Assembly (NCBI GenBank): GCA_030390025.1
Contig: CM059431.1
Span: forward strand, 140,308,001-140,372,000
DNA from: Squalus acanthias
Lineage: Eukaryota
Length of the DNA stretch: 64,000 bases
Reading direction: 5' to 3'
Both the position numbers and the translations under genes were made by a program. Positions 1 to 12,996 of this stretch are shown here, one piece after another; the stretch's first letter is position 1; each line of letters begins with the position of its first letter. The notes under the pieces were generated by a model. It made no database searches and was not told the origin of the DNA. It was given only the letters and a program-made list of their open reading frames with translations.

Positions 1-850
1 TCTGTTCCATTGCTATTCCTGGTATTTTCACACTGACGGGTGAATTTCTAAACAGCTGTATCTACACACGGGGACTGGAAGAGTGTCAAATAAAGAACAG
101 GAAGTGGCAAATTTACCCACCCACTCAAAGAGTAACCAGTTGTGAAAGTTCAGTGAGCCAGTGGAAACTCGACTGCAGTAAATGCACAGGACCCACATAG
201 GCCCCCGCAGTCTGAATCACTCTGGGCCTAAAAACCAGACCGTGGTCTAAATACAGAGCAGGATCGTCCGCATTTAGGTGGAGAGAGGAGAGGTTGACAT
301 TTTGGGTCATGTTGCTTGTGATGTAACTCTTTTGTAACTATTTTCCAGATAGTGATTGACCTGCTGTACATTATTCACGGTTTTATTTTACATTCACACC
401 AGATGCAGTCTGTTTCCTTCTCTCCTCACTCTGGTATAATAAATAGCGAAGTTTCACTGTATTTATCAGATGTCAAAAATCACGGGATGGGAACTAATAA
501 TCCATTGTAATCAGCAATGACCAGGTTGGAACAACAAGCACACACAAGCATAATGATTCGGAGTTCTATATCACCTGAGCCACAGACTGACAGAGCGAGG
601 GGCTGAGGGACCTGACCCTGTGGTTTAATGTAAATATCAAAAGTCAAAAATGTCATTTATCTTACAGTAATTAGGAAATACTACATATATAGTAGGTAGA
701 AAAATACTTGCATTTTATAACACAATTCATGTACTTTTGAGTTGCAGTCAAATGTAATGTAGACAATCCCACCAACCAATTAATGCTCATAACCACAAAT
801 TGCAATGAGAGAAATGGCTGTTTAATGGAGTAGATTTTAACCATCAGGTT

Positions 851-2367
851 AGAACACTATAGTGGTAATAAGAGCAGGAGTAGGCCATACGGCCGTCGAG
901 CCTGCTCCGCCATTCAATAAGAGCATAGCTAATCAGCAACCTCAACTCCACTTTCCCGCCCGAGCTCTATATCCCTTGATTCCCCATGAGTCCAAAAATC
1001 TATCTATCTCTGCCTTGAATATACTCAAACATTCAGTATTCACAGCCCTCTGGGGCAAGAAATTCCTCCTTATCTCAGTCTTAAATGGCCGACCCCTTAT
1101 CCTAAGACTATGCCCCGTAGTTCTAGACACTCCAGCCAGGGGAAACAACCTCTCAGCATCTACCCTGTCAATCCCCTTCAGAATCTTGTGTGTTTCAATG
1201 AGATCACCTCTCATTCTTCTAGACTCCAGAGAGTATCGGCCCATTCTACACAATCTCTCCGCATAGGACAGCCCTCTCATCCCAGGAATCAATCTAGTGA
1301 ACTTGCGTTGCACCGCCTCCAAGACAAGTATATCCTTCCTTAGATAAGGAGACCAAAACTGTACACAGTACTCCAGGTGTGGTCTCACCAAGGCCCTGTA
1401 CAATTGTAGCAAGACTTCCTTACTGTTATACTTCAACCACCATGTATTAAAGGCCAATATGCCATTTGCCTTCCTTATTGCTTGCTGTACCTGCATGCTA
1501 GCTTTCTGTGTTTCTTGCACGAGGACACCCAAATCTCTGAACACCAACATTTGAAAGTTTCTCACCATTTAAAATATTCTGTTTTTCTATTCTTCCTACC
1601 AAAGTGAATAACCTCACATTTCCCTACATTATACTCCATCTGCCACCTTACTGCCCACTCACTTGGTCTATCTGTATCCCTTTGCAGACTCTTTGTTCTC
1701 ACAGCTTACTATCCCACCTAGTTTTGTATCATAAGCAAACTTGGATACATTACACTCTTTCCCTTCATCTAGGTCATTAATATAGATTGTAAATAGCTGA
1801 GGCCCCAACACTGATCCTTGCGGCACCCCACTAGTTACAGCCTGCTAACCTGAAAAAGATCCGTTTATCCCTACTCTCTCTTTTCTGTCCATTAACCAAT
1901 CCTCTATCCATGCTACTATATTACCCCCAACCCCATGAGCCCTAATCTTGTGTAATAATCTTTTATGTGGCATTTTATCGAATGCCTTTTAGTAATCCAA
2001 ATATACTCCATCCACTGGTTCCCCATTATCTACCCTGCTAGTTACATCCTCAAAAAATGAATAAGTTGGTCAAAGTCGATTTCCCTTTCATAAAACCATG
2101 TTGACTCTGCCTGATCATGTTATGATTTTCTAAGTGACTTGATATCACTTACTTAACAATGGATTCCAGCATTTTCCCAAAAACTGATGTCAGGCTAACT
2201 GGCCTGTAATTCCCTGCTTTTTCTCTTCCCTCCTTTCTTGAATAGCGATGTTACATTTGCGACCTTCTAATCCGCCCGATGGAACCATTCCAGAATCTGG
2301 GGAATTTTGGAAGACCAAAGCCAATGCATCCTCTATCTTTTCAGCCACCTCTTTTAGAACCCTAGGA
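851..2367 (-). mobile_element. CR1-clade LINE, 5'-truncated (RT C-terminal half + 3' UTR), decayed
   Basis: ORF 942-1568 has the CR1 ORF2 C-terminal motif [19 protein letters not shown]. The upstream part has degenerate [15 protein letters not shown] remnants. The typical CR1 3' UTR hairpin (GGCGGAGCAGGCTCGA..CCTACTCCTGCTC) is on the minus strand near 870-915. Confidence 0.9.
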
Positions 2368-2765
2368 TAGTATAGTGGTTATGTTACTGGACGAGTAAAT
2401 CCCGAGGCTGTGCTAATAACCAAAAAGAACATGAGCTCAGATGGCAGTTTCAGAATTTAAATTCAGTTTAAACAAAACTGGAATTGAAAAAGAACTGAGA
2501 TCAGTGACCATTAATCTGTCTGAGTTTAATTAAAAACAAGTTCACCAATATTTTTGGAAAGGAAATCTGCTGTCCTTACCTGGTCTGGTCTGTGTATAAC
2601 TCCAGTCCCTCACTAGTGCGGGTGACTGTTATGTTAGCTGTCTCTGAAGTGCCCAAGTGGGCCACTCAATTGTATCAAACAGCTACATCAGCAGTTCAAG
2701 AGGAAGGCCCACCAGCACCTTCTCAGGGCAATTAATGGGGCCCAACCAGTGACACCCAAAGCTCG
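2368..2765 (+). mobile_element. tRNA-headed SINE-like element with LINE-derived tail
   Basis: A-box-like head TAGTGGTTATGTTACTGG, body GGAAATCTGCTGTCCTTACCTGGTCTGG and tail CACCTTCTCAGGGCAATT. A reverse-complement relative occurs at ~37430-37868. Confidence 0.65.
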
Positions 2766-2991
2766 AGAATGGATGGAGACAAATTTGTCACTGGCGTAAA
2801 ATTGGTGTTTCGGAAATGGAAATGAACGGTCTGTGTGAGGCCGCCGATTTCTGACGCCAGTTTCACACCCGAGCAGTATGTTGAGAGATAAATGTCCATG
2901 CAGCCACTGGGGAACTCCCCATCTCTTGTATTAGTGTTGTTGGATCTGCTAGGCCCACTTGTACAGGCAGATCGCCCTGGATTAACATCGC

Positions 2992-3905
2992 ATTGGTGAA
3001 AGCAACAGTCAACGAGAAAGAGAATCGAGCCGAGCCCACAATGAGCCGCCAATTCGGGGAAACCCACAGTGAATGGGAAGAAAATCGGGCCGAGCCCACA
3101 ATGAGCCGCTGATTGGATGAAAGCCACAGTCACTGGGAAAGAGAATCGGGCCGAGCCCACAATGAGCTGCCGATTGGGTGAGAGCCAGAGTCAATAGGAA
3201 AGAGAATCGGGCCGAGCCCACAATGAGCTGCCGATTGGGTGAGAGCCACAGTCACTGGGAAAGAGAATCGGGCCGAGCCCACAATGAGCTGCCGATTGGG
3301 TGAGAGCCACAGTCACTGGGAAAGAGAATCGGGCTGAGCCCACAATGAGCTGCCGATTGGGTGAAATCCACAGTCACTGGGAAAGAGAATCGGGCTGAGC
3401 CCACAATGAGCTGCCGATTGGGTGAGAGCCACAGTCACTGGGAAAGAGAATCGGGCCGAGCTCACAATGAGCCTCCGATTGGGTGAGAGCCACAGTCACT
3501 GGGAAAGAGAATCGGGCCGAGCGCACAATGAGCCGCTGATTGGGTGAGAGCCACAGTCACTGGGAAAGAGAATCGGGCCGAGCCCACAATGAGGTGCCGA
3601 TTGGGTGAAAGCCACAGTCAATGGGAAAGAGAATCAGGCCGAGCCCACAATGAGCCGCTGATTGGGTGAAAGGCACAGTCAATGGTAAAGAGAATCAGGC
3701 CGAGCCCACAATGAGGTGCCGATTGGGTGAAAGGCACATTCAATGGGAAAGAGAATCAGGCCGAACCCACAATGAGGTGCCGATTGGGTGAGAGCCACAG
3801 TCAATGGGAAGGAGAATCGGGCCGAGCCCACAATGAGCCGCTGATTGGGTGAAAGCCACAGTCAATGGGAAAGAGAATCGGGCCGAGTGCACAATGAGCC
3901 GCGGA
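2992..3905. repeat. Minisatellite, 61-bp unit, about 15 copies
   Basis: Unit GATTGGGTGAAAGCCACAGTCACTGGGAAAGAGAATCGGGCCGAGCCCACAATGAGCTGCC. GAGAATC recurs at 3141, 3202 and 3263 (period 61). Confidence 0.95.
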
Positions 3906-5389
3906 TTCGCTATCGCCCGAGGTGAATTTCTCCTCCAATCTGTTGCGCAATCTGACGATCTAATGCTGTTAATTCATCAGATCCCCAAATAGTCAATCCT
4001 AAATTAATCTACCCAGTCTGCAGTCATCTCACACACTGATCTCAACTAGAATGTGATAATCAGCGATCCAGCTAATGCTGAATTATGGTGATACACTGAG
4101 CTGTTTATAAAACCTTTCTTATTCATGGTGTTAATTGTCTGCCTATTAATTGGGTGTTATTACAATTGCTCGGCGAACCTGTCTACATCTGTTTCTACTT
4201 AATAATTATTATTATACCCAATATTTATATAATGATAATTATGATTTGGGAGTCAGTAAACAGTTGTGATTGGATGATTTGCTGTCTGACTTCTTTGAAG
4301 ATTTGGCAAGAAAGCTTTAATTCATTCACTCAATAGCTTGTGGGGATCCTAATTGAGATTTGGTGAGGTGAACTCATACTCAGTCGGAACTGGGAGATAT
4401 AAGACAGTTCAGCGAGCAATATTAGGCATCATTCACTTCTAGACATAGGCTGGGAGGTAAAACCCAGACGGTCCCTCACTGAGGAGGTAAGGTTAAAGGT
4501 TAATCTGCTCCCTTGACATGTATTTTTTGGGACAATGAATACCAACGTATAACAGGGGCTTATAACACACAGCCCTCTGGTTTAGAAGCGACTATGCTAT
4601 CACTGATCCACAGCTAACGGGATTAAATCTAAATCCATCTGTATGAATGAGACATGCAGCAGATGTCAAGCTATGAATAGGATCGTAGGTACAATGTACA
4701 TAAAGATCTCAGAGAAACAGCATGTGGTCTAGGTGAATACCCCAGGTTCAGTACTGAGTATTAAACCAGTGCCTGGCGGCTGACAGGATGGGAAAAGCCG
4801 AACCTCAGGTGTACAGGTACAAACCCAGGGGTCAGTCCGCCCAGTGAGGAGAAGAGGACACAGCTGCTCATCTCCTCAAGTTATCCAATCCTCTATTGGC
4901 ATCAACAACCCAACCACAATATTTCCGGATCAAATGAGAAAAATCTTTCCTTGTCGGTTATCTGCTAAACCAGAGACCAAATGCCGAACCTGCTCTGTCT
5001 CTCCGGTAACATGCAGCTGAACCCCCCGCCCCTTCCTCCCACCCCCACCGAACTCCACTATCGAATGAAAGCCTCTGCCTGATCTAACCAAGCTCTCTCA
5101 GCCGCAGTTATGCCACAATAGAAACAGTCCACCCTTTCTGGAGAACCACACAGAGGGAGAGCGGGAAGAGCTCTCTCTTTCTCTTTCTCCATCTCTATTG
5201 GTTTACCTCTCCCCTATTCCTATCTTCTCTCATCCCTCTCTGTTTTTCCTTAAATATCTTTTTCTTTCTTTGCTTTTGTTTCCTCTAATCTTCCAGCTCT
5301 CTCTTTGACAGTCACTCATTTTCTTTCTCTGTCCCGCTCTATCTTTCCGCCACTCTCTATCAATTGTCTCTCTATCTCCCTCTATAGGT

Positions 5390-5660
5390 AAGAACTGGGC
5401 AATTCAGCCCATTGAGCCTGTTCTGACATTCAATTAAATCATGGTTGATCGCTATCCTTATTCCATCTACCACCTTGTTTCCTTAACCCAACAAGAATCG
5501 ATCTATCTCAATTTTGAACATTTCGACTGAACCCCAGCCTCAACAGCTTTTTGGGGAGAGAGTTATAGATCTCCACTGTCCTCTGTGTGAAGAAGTGTTT
5601 TCTGGCATCACTCCTGAATTTTCCTAGCTCTAATTGTTCTGGTCTCTCCCACCAGAGGAA
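5390..5660 (-). mobile_element. Short CR1 3'-end fragment
   Basis: Degenerate CR1 3' UTR plus the reverse complement of RNFF..V..WNSLP-type coding sequence. Confidence 0.65.
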
Positions 5661-6305
5661 ATGTCAAACATTGCCTGAACAAAGCCACAGCTCCTCCAAA
5701 AGGCAAGGTTGTGACGGTGAGGGAATGTTCATCAATAGACCAAAAACAAACCATCTCTCCATGTCTGGCCCTCGCTGTTCATCTGACGGTCAGTCACCCT
5801 CGGGGGCTAAGGGAAATAAATCTTTCTGTTTCCCTTTACAACACGGATATACCTGATCTCATCGTAATCTGTGTATCTCAATTTGAGGACTTTCTGCAAA
5901 GCTCTAATGTGCAGAATATATTTCAGTCTCTACACGTTGGGATCTGTTTGGATCGGGGCTTGAACCCTTCACCATCTGACTCAGAGATGGAATTACTATC
6001 TCTGAAACAAAAACTCGCTCCTGCACTCAGTATTTGGCCATTTAACTCATTGCTTGTGGGACCTTTTCTTTACAAATTGGCTGCCGCGTTTCAACAGTGA
6101 ATACACTTAAAAATATTTCATTGTCCTCTAAACACTTTGCGACGCCCTGAAAGGTGCCATTTAACTGCAAGATTTTATCTTCTGTCTTTCCCGGTATCAA
6201 GATGTTACAGGTTCTTCTTCCACCCATGTTATCCTTCAAGTATTCCTTACAACATTATGTACAAAAATAATCCTGAACATTTTCTTGCCATCTTTTGCTG
6301 ATGAT

Positions 6306-8695
6306 GGTAGCCTTGAGGAGGAGTTCATAGAGTGTATCCGGGATGATTTCCTAGAACATTATATAATGAAACCAACCAGGGAGCAGGCTATCTTGGATCT
6401 GGTACTGTGCAATGAGACATAATGAATAAATGATCTCATAGTAAAGGATCCTCTAGGAAAGAGTGATCATAGCATGGTTGAATTTCAAAGTCAGTTGGAG
6501 GGTGAGAAAGTTGTATCTCAAACCAGTGTCCTGATCTTAAACAAAGATGGCATGAGGGCAGAACTGGCTAAAGTGGACTGGAAAAATAAGTTAAAGGTAA
6601 GACAGTTGAAATGCAGTGGTGGACATTTAAGGAGATATTTCATAACTCTCATCAAAAATATATTCCAGTGAGAAAGAAAGATTTTAAGAGAAGGGAGCAC
6701 CATTCTTGGCTAACTAAGAAAGTAAAGGGTGGTATCAAATTGAAAACGAAGACATACAATGTTGTCAAGTTTGGTGGGAGGCCAGAGGATTGGGAAATTT
6801 TTAAAAACCAGCAAAGGATGACTAACAAATTAACAGAGAGAAGATGAATTATGAGAGTAAACTGGAAAGGAATATTAAAACAGATAGCAAGAGCTTCTAC
6901 AGGTATATAAAAAGGAAGAGAGCAGCTAAAGTAAACGTTGGTCCCTTAGAGGATGAGACTGGGGAATTAATATAGAGGAACGGGGAAATGGCAGAGTCTC
7001 TGAACAAATATTTTGTATCTGTCTTCATGGTAGAAGACACTAACAACATCCCAATAATGGATAATCAAGGGGCCACAGGGAGGGGGAACTAAAGACAATC
7101 ACTACCACTAAGGAAAAAGTAATTGCTGAAATAATGAGACTAAAAGACGACAAGTCCCCTGGACCAGATGGCCTGCATCCCAGGGTCTTAAAATAAGTGG
7201 CTGCAGAGATAGTGGTTGCAATATACCAAAATTCCCTGATCTCTGGAGAGGGCCCAGCGGATTGGAAAACCGCAAATGTAACACCCCTATTTAAGAAAGG
7301 AAGGAGACAGAAAGCAGGAAACTATAGACCAGTTAGCCTAACATCTGTCGTTGGGAAAACGCTGGAGTCCTTCATTAAGGAAGTAGTAGCAGGGCATTTA
7401 GAAAAACATACTGCAGTCAAGCAGAGTCAGCATGGTTTTAGGAAAGGGAAATCATGTTTAACACATTTGCTGCAGTTCTTTGAGGATGTAACGTGCAGGG
7501 TGGACAAAGCTGAGCCAGTGGATGTGGTGCATTTGGATTTCCAGAAGGCATTCGACAAGGTGCCACATAAAAGATTACTGCATAAGATAAGAGCTCACGG
7601 AATTGGGGGTAATATATTAGCATGGATAGAGAATTGGCTAACTAAAATAAAGCAGAGAATCGGGATAAATGGTCCATTTTCCGGTTGGCAAACGGTAACT
7701 AGTGGGGTGCCACAGGGATCGGTGCTGGGGCCCCAACTATTTACAATCTACATTAATGACTAGGATGAAGGGTCCAAGTGTAATGTAGTCAAGTTTGTGT
7801 ATGATACAAAGATGGGTGGGAAAGCAAGTTGTGCAGAGGACTCAAATAATCTGCAAAGGGATTATAGATAGGCTAAGTGAGTGGGCAAACATTTGGCAGA
7901 TGGAGTATAATGTGGGAAAGTGCAAGGTTATCCACTTTGGCAGGAAAAATAAAAAAGCAAATTATTATTGAAATGGAGAGAGATTGCAAAATGCTACAGT
8001 TCAGAGGGACCTGGGGGTCCTTGTGCATGAAACACAAAGTTAGCATGCAGGTACAGCAATTAATCAAAACGGGAAATGGAATGTTGGGCTTTATTGCAAG
8101 GGGGTTGGAGTTAAAAAGCAGGGAAGTCCTGCTACAACTGTACAGTGTATTGTTGAGAGCACACCTTGAGTACTGCGTACAGTTTTGGTCTCCTTATTTA
8201 AGGAAGGATATACTTGCATTGGAGGCAGTTCAGAGACAATTCACTAGGTTAATTTCAGAGATGAGGGGGTTGACTTATGAAGAAAGGTTGAGCAGGTTGG
8301 GCCTTTACTCATTGGAATTTAGAAGATTGAGAGGTGATCATAATGAAACATATAAGATACTGAGCGGACTCGACAAGGTAGATGCAGAGAGGATGTTTCC
8401 CCTCGTGGGAGTTTCAGCATAAAGGTCGCCCTTTTAGATCTAAGATGAGGAGGAATTTCTTCTCTCAGAGGGTTGTAAATCTGTGGAATTCTCTGCCCCA
8501 GAGAGCCGTGGAGGCTGGGTCATTAAATACCTTTAAGGCGGAGATAGACAGATTTTTGCAAGATAAGGGAGTGAAGGGTTATGGGGAGCGGACTGGGAAG
8601 TGACTTTGAGCCCAAGATCAGCCATGATCTTATTGAATGGCGGAGCAGGCTCAAGGGCTCAAGTGGCCTATTCCTGCTCCTATTTCTTATGTTTT
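6306..8695 (+). mobile_element. CR1-clade LINE ORF2 (end of endonuclease, RT, 3' UTR), frameshifted
   Basis: ORFs 7197-7763 ([35 protein letters not shown]), 7877-8422 and 8382-8603. The 3' UTR ends in TTCTTATG-type tail near 8690. Confidence 0.92.
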
Positions 8696-9059
8696 TATAC
8701 CGACTTGGACATACATCACCGTATCTTCATCGTCGCTGTGTCAAAATCCTATAACATCCTAACTAACAGGACAGTGGGAGTACCTTTGCCACATGGACTG
8801 AAGCGGTTGAAGAAGATGGCGGCCCACCACCACGTTCTCAAGGGGCAACTTGGGATGGACAATAAACTTGGCCTTGCTAGCGATGCCCATGAGACTGACA
8901 TTAAAACAGTACAACTCATAAATGTACTTTTGAACACATTTCCCGGTTAGTAATGCTAGCGTAATCATACGTGTGATCTTCCTGCAGGTGTTAACAATTT
9001 TTCTCGGAATAGTGACAGGAACTAATCTTCATCTTCGAGTAAAAGGATAATGTTTGAAA

Positions 9060-9660
9060 CCTAGTTTTGAAAAAAAAATTCCTCCAACTAATTATTGGGA
9101 AGAATGAAACCAATGTCTTTGGTCCCTGCCACAAACTCCGTTCCCTCGCCACTGACTCCATCCCTCTCCCTGACAACTCTCTGTGGCTGACCTAAACCGT
9201 TCGCAACATTGGGTTCGTATTTGACACTGAGATGAGCTTCTGACTCGCAGACCAACATTGACGCGGTCTGGCAATGCCTCAGTTTTAAAATGTTCATCCT
9301 CGGGCTCAAATCCCCCATGGCCTCGCCCCCTCTCTATCTCTGTAACGTCCTCCAGCACTACAACCCTCCGAGATCTCTGCGCTCCTCCAATTAAGGCCGA
9401 TTGTTCATCCCCGATTCTAATTGCTCCACCATTGGTGGCCGTGCTTTCAGCTGTCTGAGCCCTAAGCTGTGGAATTCCCTCCCTGAACCTCTCCACCTCT
9501 CACTCTTCTCCTTTCAGATGCTCCTAAAAACCTACCTTTCTCAACAAGCGTTTGATCACCTGTCCTAATATCTCCTTCTGTGGCTCGGTGTCACAGTTAG
9601 TTTGATAACGCCCCTGGGAACCACCTTGTGACGTTTCACAACGTTAAAAGCACTATGTCA
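9060..9660 (+). mobile_element. L2-clade LINE 3' fragment
   Basis: Shares sequence with 60860-61935 (CCACAAACTCCGTTCCCT.., CCACCATTGGTGGCCGTGCTTTCAGC.., CTGTGGAATTCCCTCCC), the L2 RT C-terminus and tail pattern. Confidence 0.7.
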
Positions 9661-9972
9661 TTCTATCGCCCTCTGCTGGTGACTCTCTGTATCACTCACT
9701 GTACTCAGTCACACCTTTATCTATATCCCTCTGTTTGGATCTTTCTGTTTCACTCACTGAACTCAGTTATACCTTAATCATAGAATCAGAGAACGGTACA
9801 GCACAGAAAGATGCCATACGGCCCATCGTGTCTTTGTCCATTCAGCTGCACTTTGGCACTGCAAGTATTTCCACTTTACGTATATATCCAATTCCATTTT
9901 AAATGTTACTATTGAATTTGCTTGCAAACAGTGAAAAGATTCACCTAATAAGCTGGCTCATTAAGCGTGTTA

Positions 9973-10390
9973 GTTGTGCCTCAGTTGGTAGCAATCTTGA
10001 TTCAGAACCTTGCGTTAAAGTTCTGCTCCAGAAACTTGAGCACATAATTCTAGGCTGACACTTCAGTGCAGTGCTAAGGGAGCGGCGCACTGTCTTTTGG
10101 AGAGAACTTAGAATTAATGTGCTAAAGCGAGGCCCCGTCTGCTCTCTCGGGTGGAAGTAAACAATGCCACTATTTCAAAGAAAATTAGGGGAGTTCTCCC
10201 CAGTGACCTGGCCAATATTTCCCCCCTGACATCCTAAAAACGGATGATCTGGTTATTCATCTCATTGCTGTTTGTTGGACCTTGCTGTGCACAAAGTGGC
10301 TGTAACGTTTCCTACATTGTAGCATTGAACACACTTCAAAAAGTACTTAATTGGCTGTAAATCGCTGAGGTGGTGAAATGCGCTGTATGT
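9973..10390 (+). mobile_element. Deu-domain SINE (SacSINE1/AmnSINE1-like)
   Basis: tRNA-like head GCCTCAGTTGGTAGCA, then AGGCTGACACTTCAGTGCAGTGCT..GAGGCCCCGTCTGCTCTCTC..GGGAGTTCTCCCCAGTGACCTGGCCAATATT..CATTGCTGTTTG..CTTGCTGTGCACAAA, recognised as the Deu core. Confidence 0.75.
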
Positions 10391-11039
10391 AGGAAATATC
10401 TCTGTCTGTCTGATTTTCATTCATTCTTCTTTCTTCTTTCATCAGTGCCGTTCCTGAGTGGGGCGTTCCCTGCTTCCATTGTTGGTTATTTATAAATTAG
10501 ATTCTGTTGACAGGTTCCTATGAATTGCTGGAGGGGGATCGGCTCCACTTGACGGGAAGTTCTCAGCCGTGGATTAATTTTTACTGGAGATTGACGCCGA
10601 GCCATTGTTAAGGCGCCTCTCCCCTGCATTGGATAAGTAGGTTGCCGTGTCCCATTGGGCACCTGTCAGGCAAGATCCGTGTCTGGTTACTTCAGAAGGA
10701 AGTGGCCGAGATAAGGCTGCCAATTATAGGGCATCTGCTGCGAAGGGGAATCCATGGCTAACTTTTAACATCTCATTATTCCACCAATATCACTGAACAC
10801 TGAGAACTTCTATTGAAGCCAGAGTTTAGGAAAAAGACCAGGAGTATGTCTCTTTACACAGAGGGGAGATTGACAGCTTGACAGTATCTTACCAAAGTCA
10901 AACTGGCTAAGAGGTAAAATATGATTTAACCGCTGCACCTGTGAGGTACAGGTCGAGAGTGAAACTGTACCGTGCGCTGTTCATCCCACACCCTGAGGAT
11001 AAGATAACCCTTCGACAGCAGTGCAAAAAGGGTGGAATC

Positions 11040-11685
11040 GCATCGGCCGCCTCTACACTCCCCGCCTGATATTCAGTCACATTATCGGCCCCTACATTCC
11101 CCGCCTGATGTTTAGTCCCATTATCGGCCGCCCTACACTCACCGCCTGATATTCAGTCCCGTTATCGGTCGCTCTACTCTCACCGCCTGATATTCAGTCC
11201 CATTATCGGCCCCTACACTCCCCGCCTGATATTCGGTCCCATTATCGGCCCCTATACTCCCCGCCTGATATTCAGTCCCATTATCGGCCCCTACACTCCA
11301 CGCCTGATATTCAGTCCCATTATCATCCCTACACTCCCCGCCTGATATTCAGTCCCATTATCGGCCCCTACATTCCCCGCCTGATGTTTAGTCCCATTAT
11401 CGGCCGCCCTACACTCCCTGCCTGATATTCAGTCCCATTATCGGCCGCCCTACGCTCCCTGCCTGATATTCAGTCCCATTATCGGCCGCCCTACACTCAC
11501 CGCCTGGTATTCAGTCCCGTTATCGGTCGCCCTACACTCACCGCCTGATATTCAGTCCCATTATCGGCCCCTACATTCCCCGCCTGATAATCAGTCCCAT
11601 TATCGGCCCCTACACTCCCCGCCTGATATTCAGTCCCATTATCGGCCCCTACACTCCCCGCCTGACGCTCCCCGCCTGATATTGA
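11040..11685. repeat. Minisatellite, 39-42-bp unit, about 16 copies, inside a palindromic MITE-like element (~11025-11756)
   Basis: Unit CATTATCGGC(CGC)CCCTACACTCCCCGCCTGATATTCAGTCC repeated. The reverse complement of 11711-11755 resembles the first unit. Confidence 0.9.
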
Positions 11686-11995
11686 GCTCCATTGGCTTCA
11701 CTAGAATTGAATATGAAGCGGCGGGTACAACAGGCAGCCAATGCGATAGTGCCCCTGTAGAGCTGACCTCCAAGAGGAATTTGTACACATGAATTTGAAT
11801 TTCGGTAGATATTCTAAACGACCGATATGGAATTAGCTGCCTGATTTTCCTTAAAATTGAATGGAAAGGGATGGAAAATCGGATGCAGACTTTAACAGGC
11901 GGCTGTTTCGATTGAGCCTCTGATCCTCTTCCAATATTGCGGTGGGATATTTAGTGTCCACCGGGGAGGGCAGACGAGGCAACGATTTAACATCT

Positions 11996-12043
11996 CATCA
12001 GACTTTTAATCTGAGTGTCAGGGTTCAAGTCCCTGTTCGGGCG
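11996..12043 (+). pseudogene. 5'-truncated tRNA-Lys(UUU) pseudogene
   Basis: CATCAGACTTTTAATCTGAG..AGGGTTCAAGTCCCTGTTCGGGCG matches the anticodon arm, T arm and 3' acceptor strand of vertebrate tRNA-Lys(TTT), with the anticodon at 12005-12007. The 5' acceptor strand and D arm are absent. A T4 run follows. Confidence 0.88.
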
Positions 12044-12199
12044 CTGCTTTTAAATCAAGATTCTCAATCCCCACTTTCTTGCAGCCCCATGAAACAGAGC
12101 AATTCACCCTGATATTTGCTGCAGTTTTGTTTTAACTCAGAACCACAATGGGTTAAATTCATTGGATAGGCCGCATAAACTAGCCTTGAATTCCCTTGT

Positions 12200-12595
12200 A
12201 TTTAGAAGATTGAGGGTGATCTCATCGAGATGTTTGAAATTATAAAATGTTCCGATGGGGCAGATAGGGAGAAACAATTTCTTTGGTGGGGGAATCTAGA
12301 ACAAGGGAACACAAACTTAAAACTGGAGCCAGGCTGTTGAGGAGTGAAATCAGGAAGTGTTTTTTCACAGACTGGGTAGTGGAAAAATGCAACTCGCTCC
12401 CCCAAAAGGCTGTGGATGCTGGGGGTCAATTGTAGATTTCAGGACTGAGACCAACATGTTTCTCTAGGTCGGGGCACCGCCGGATATGGAGCAAAGGCGG
12501 GTGAATGGAGCTGAGGTGCTGATCAGCCATGATCTGACTGAAGAGCGGATCAGGTTCAAGGGGCTGAATAACCTGCTCCTGTTTTTAATGTTCCG
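12200..12595 (+). mobile_element. CR1 3'-end fragment
   Basis: TTTAGAAGATTGAGGGTGATCTCATCGAG..TCTAGAACAAGGG..CAGCCATGATCT, the CR1 ORF2 end and 3' UTR. Confidence 0.8.
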
Positions 12596-12619
12596 AAACA
12601 CATTTCCTACACCGCTGTT

Positions 12620-12996
12620 CCTGAAAGACCGCGCAAAACAAAGCAAGTTAAACACTCGGTGGCATTGAGTGAGAAACCGTGAGGCTGCCTCAGTTTACAG
12701 GGATTGTTTCTGGTGCCTGGCAGTGAGCGCGGAGTGGGTGTAACCTGCTGTTTAGATGAAATTAATTGAATTCCAGTGACGGAGCACTCCCGAAATGACC
12801 CGATTTCTGGTATCACCACAGCCTGCTTCACTCCATCACACTTAAAGCCCGCCTCCGACCGTCGCGTTAAAAGGTGAACCAGCCCACTGACCCAAACCGT
12901 CCAGTTTCCCGGTTACAGTCCGAGTCACGCTGCCCAGTCTACCTCCCTACTGCACTCAGGAGGGTCTAACACAGGGCCCGCGGCTCGCGGTCAACA
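12620..12996 (+). promoter_or_regulatory. Candidate CpG-rich promoter / 5' UTR upstream of the leader exon
   Basis: Non-repeat, locally CpG-rich sequence with a GC box (GCCCGCCTCC ~12847) and TTAAAA (~12867) ahead of the ATG at 12997. Confidence 0.4.

Noticed and set aside
2732..3221. Overlapping minus-strand ORFs with repeated MGSARFSF
   Set aside because: These are translations of the 61-bp minisatellite in shifting frames.
2992..3905. Regular repeat arrays (also 11040-11685 and 62049-62993) as CRISPR arrays
   Set aside because: The units are contiguous tandem copies with no unique spacers, there are no cas genes, and the context is vertebrate.
5160..5390. Long CT-rich tract
   Set aside because: Low-complexity sequence with no convincing downstream exon.
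10515..10760. Ig-like snippets (+ strand LLEGDRLHLTG..W after an AG; minus strand DTATY)
   Set aside because: The canonical cysteines are missing, the frames close quickly and there is no matching donor. Probably chance.
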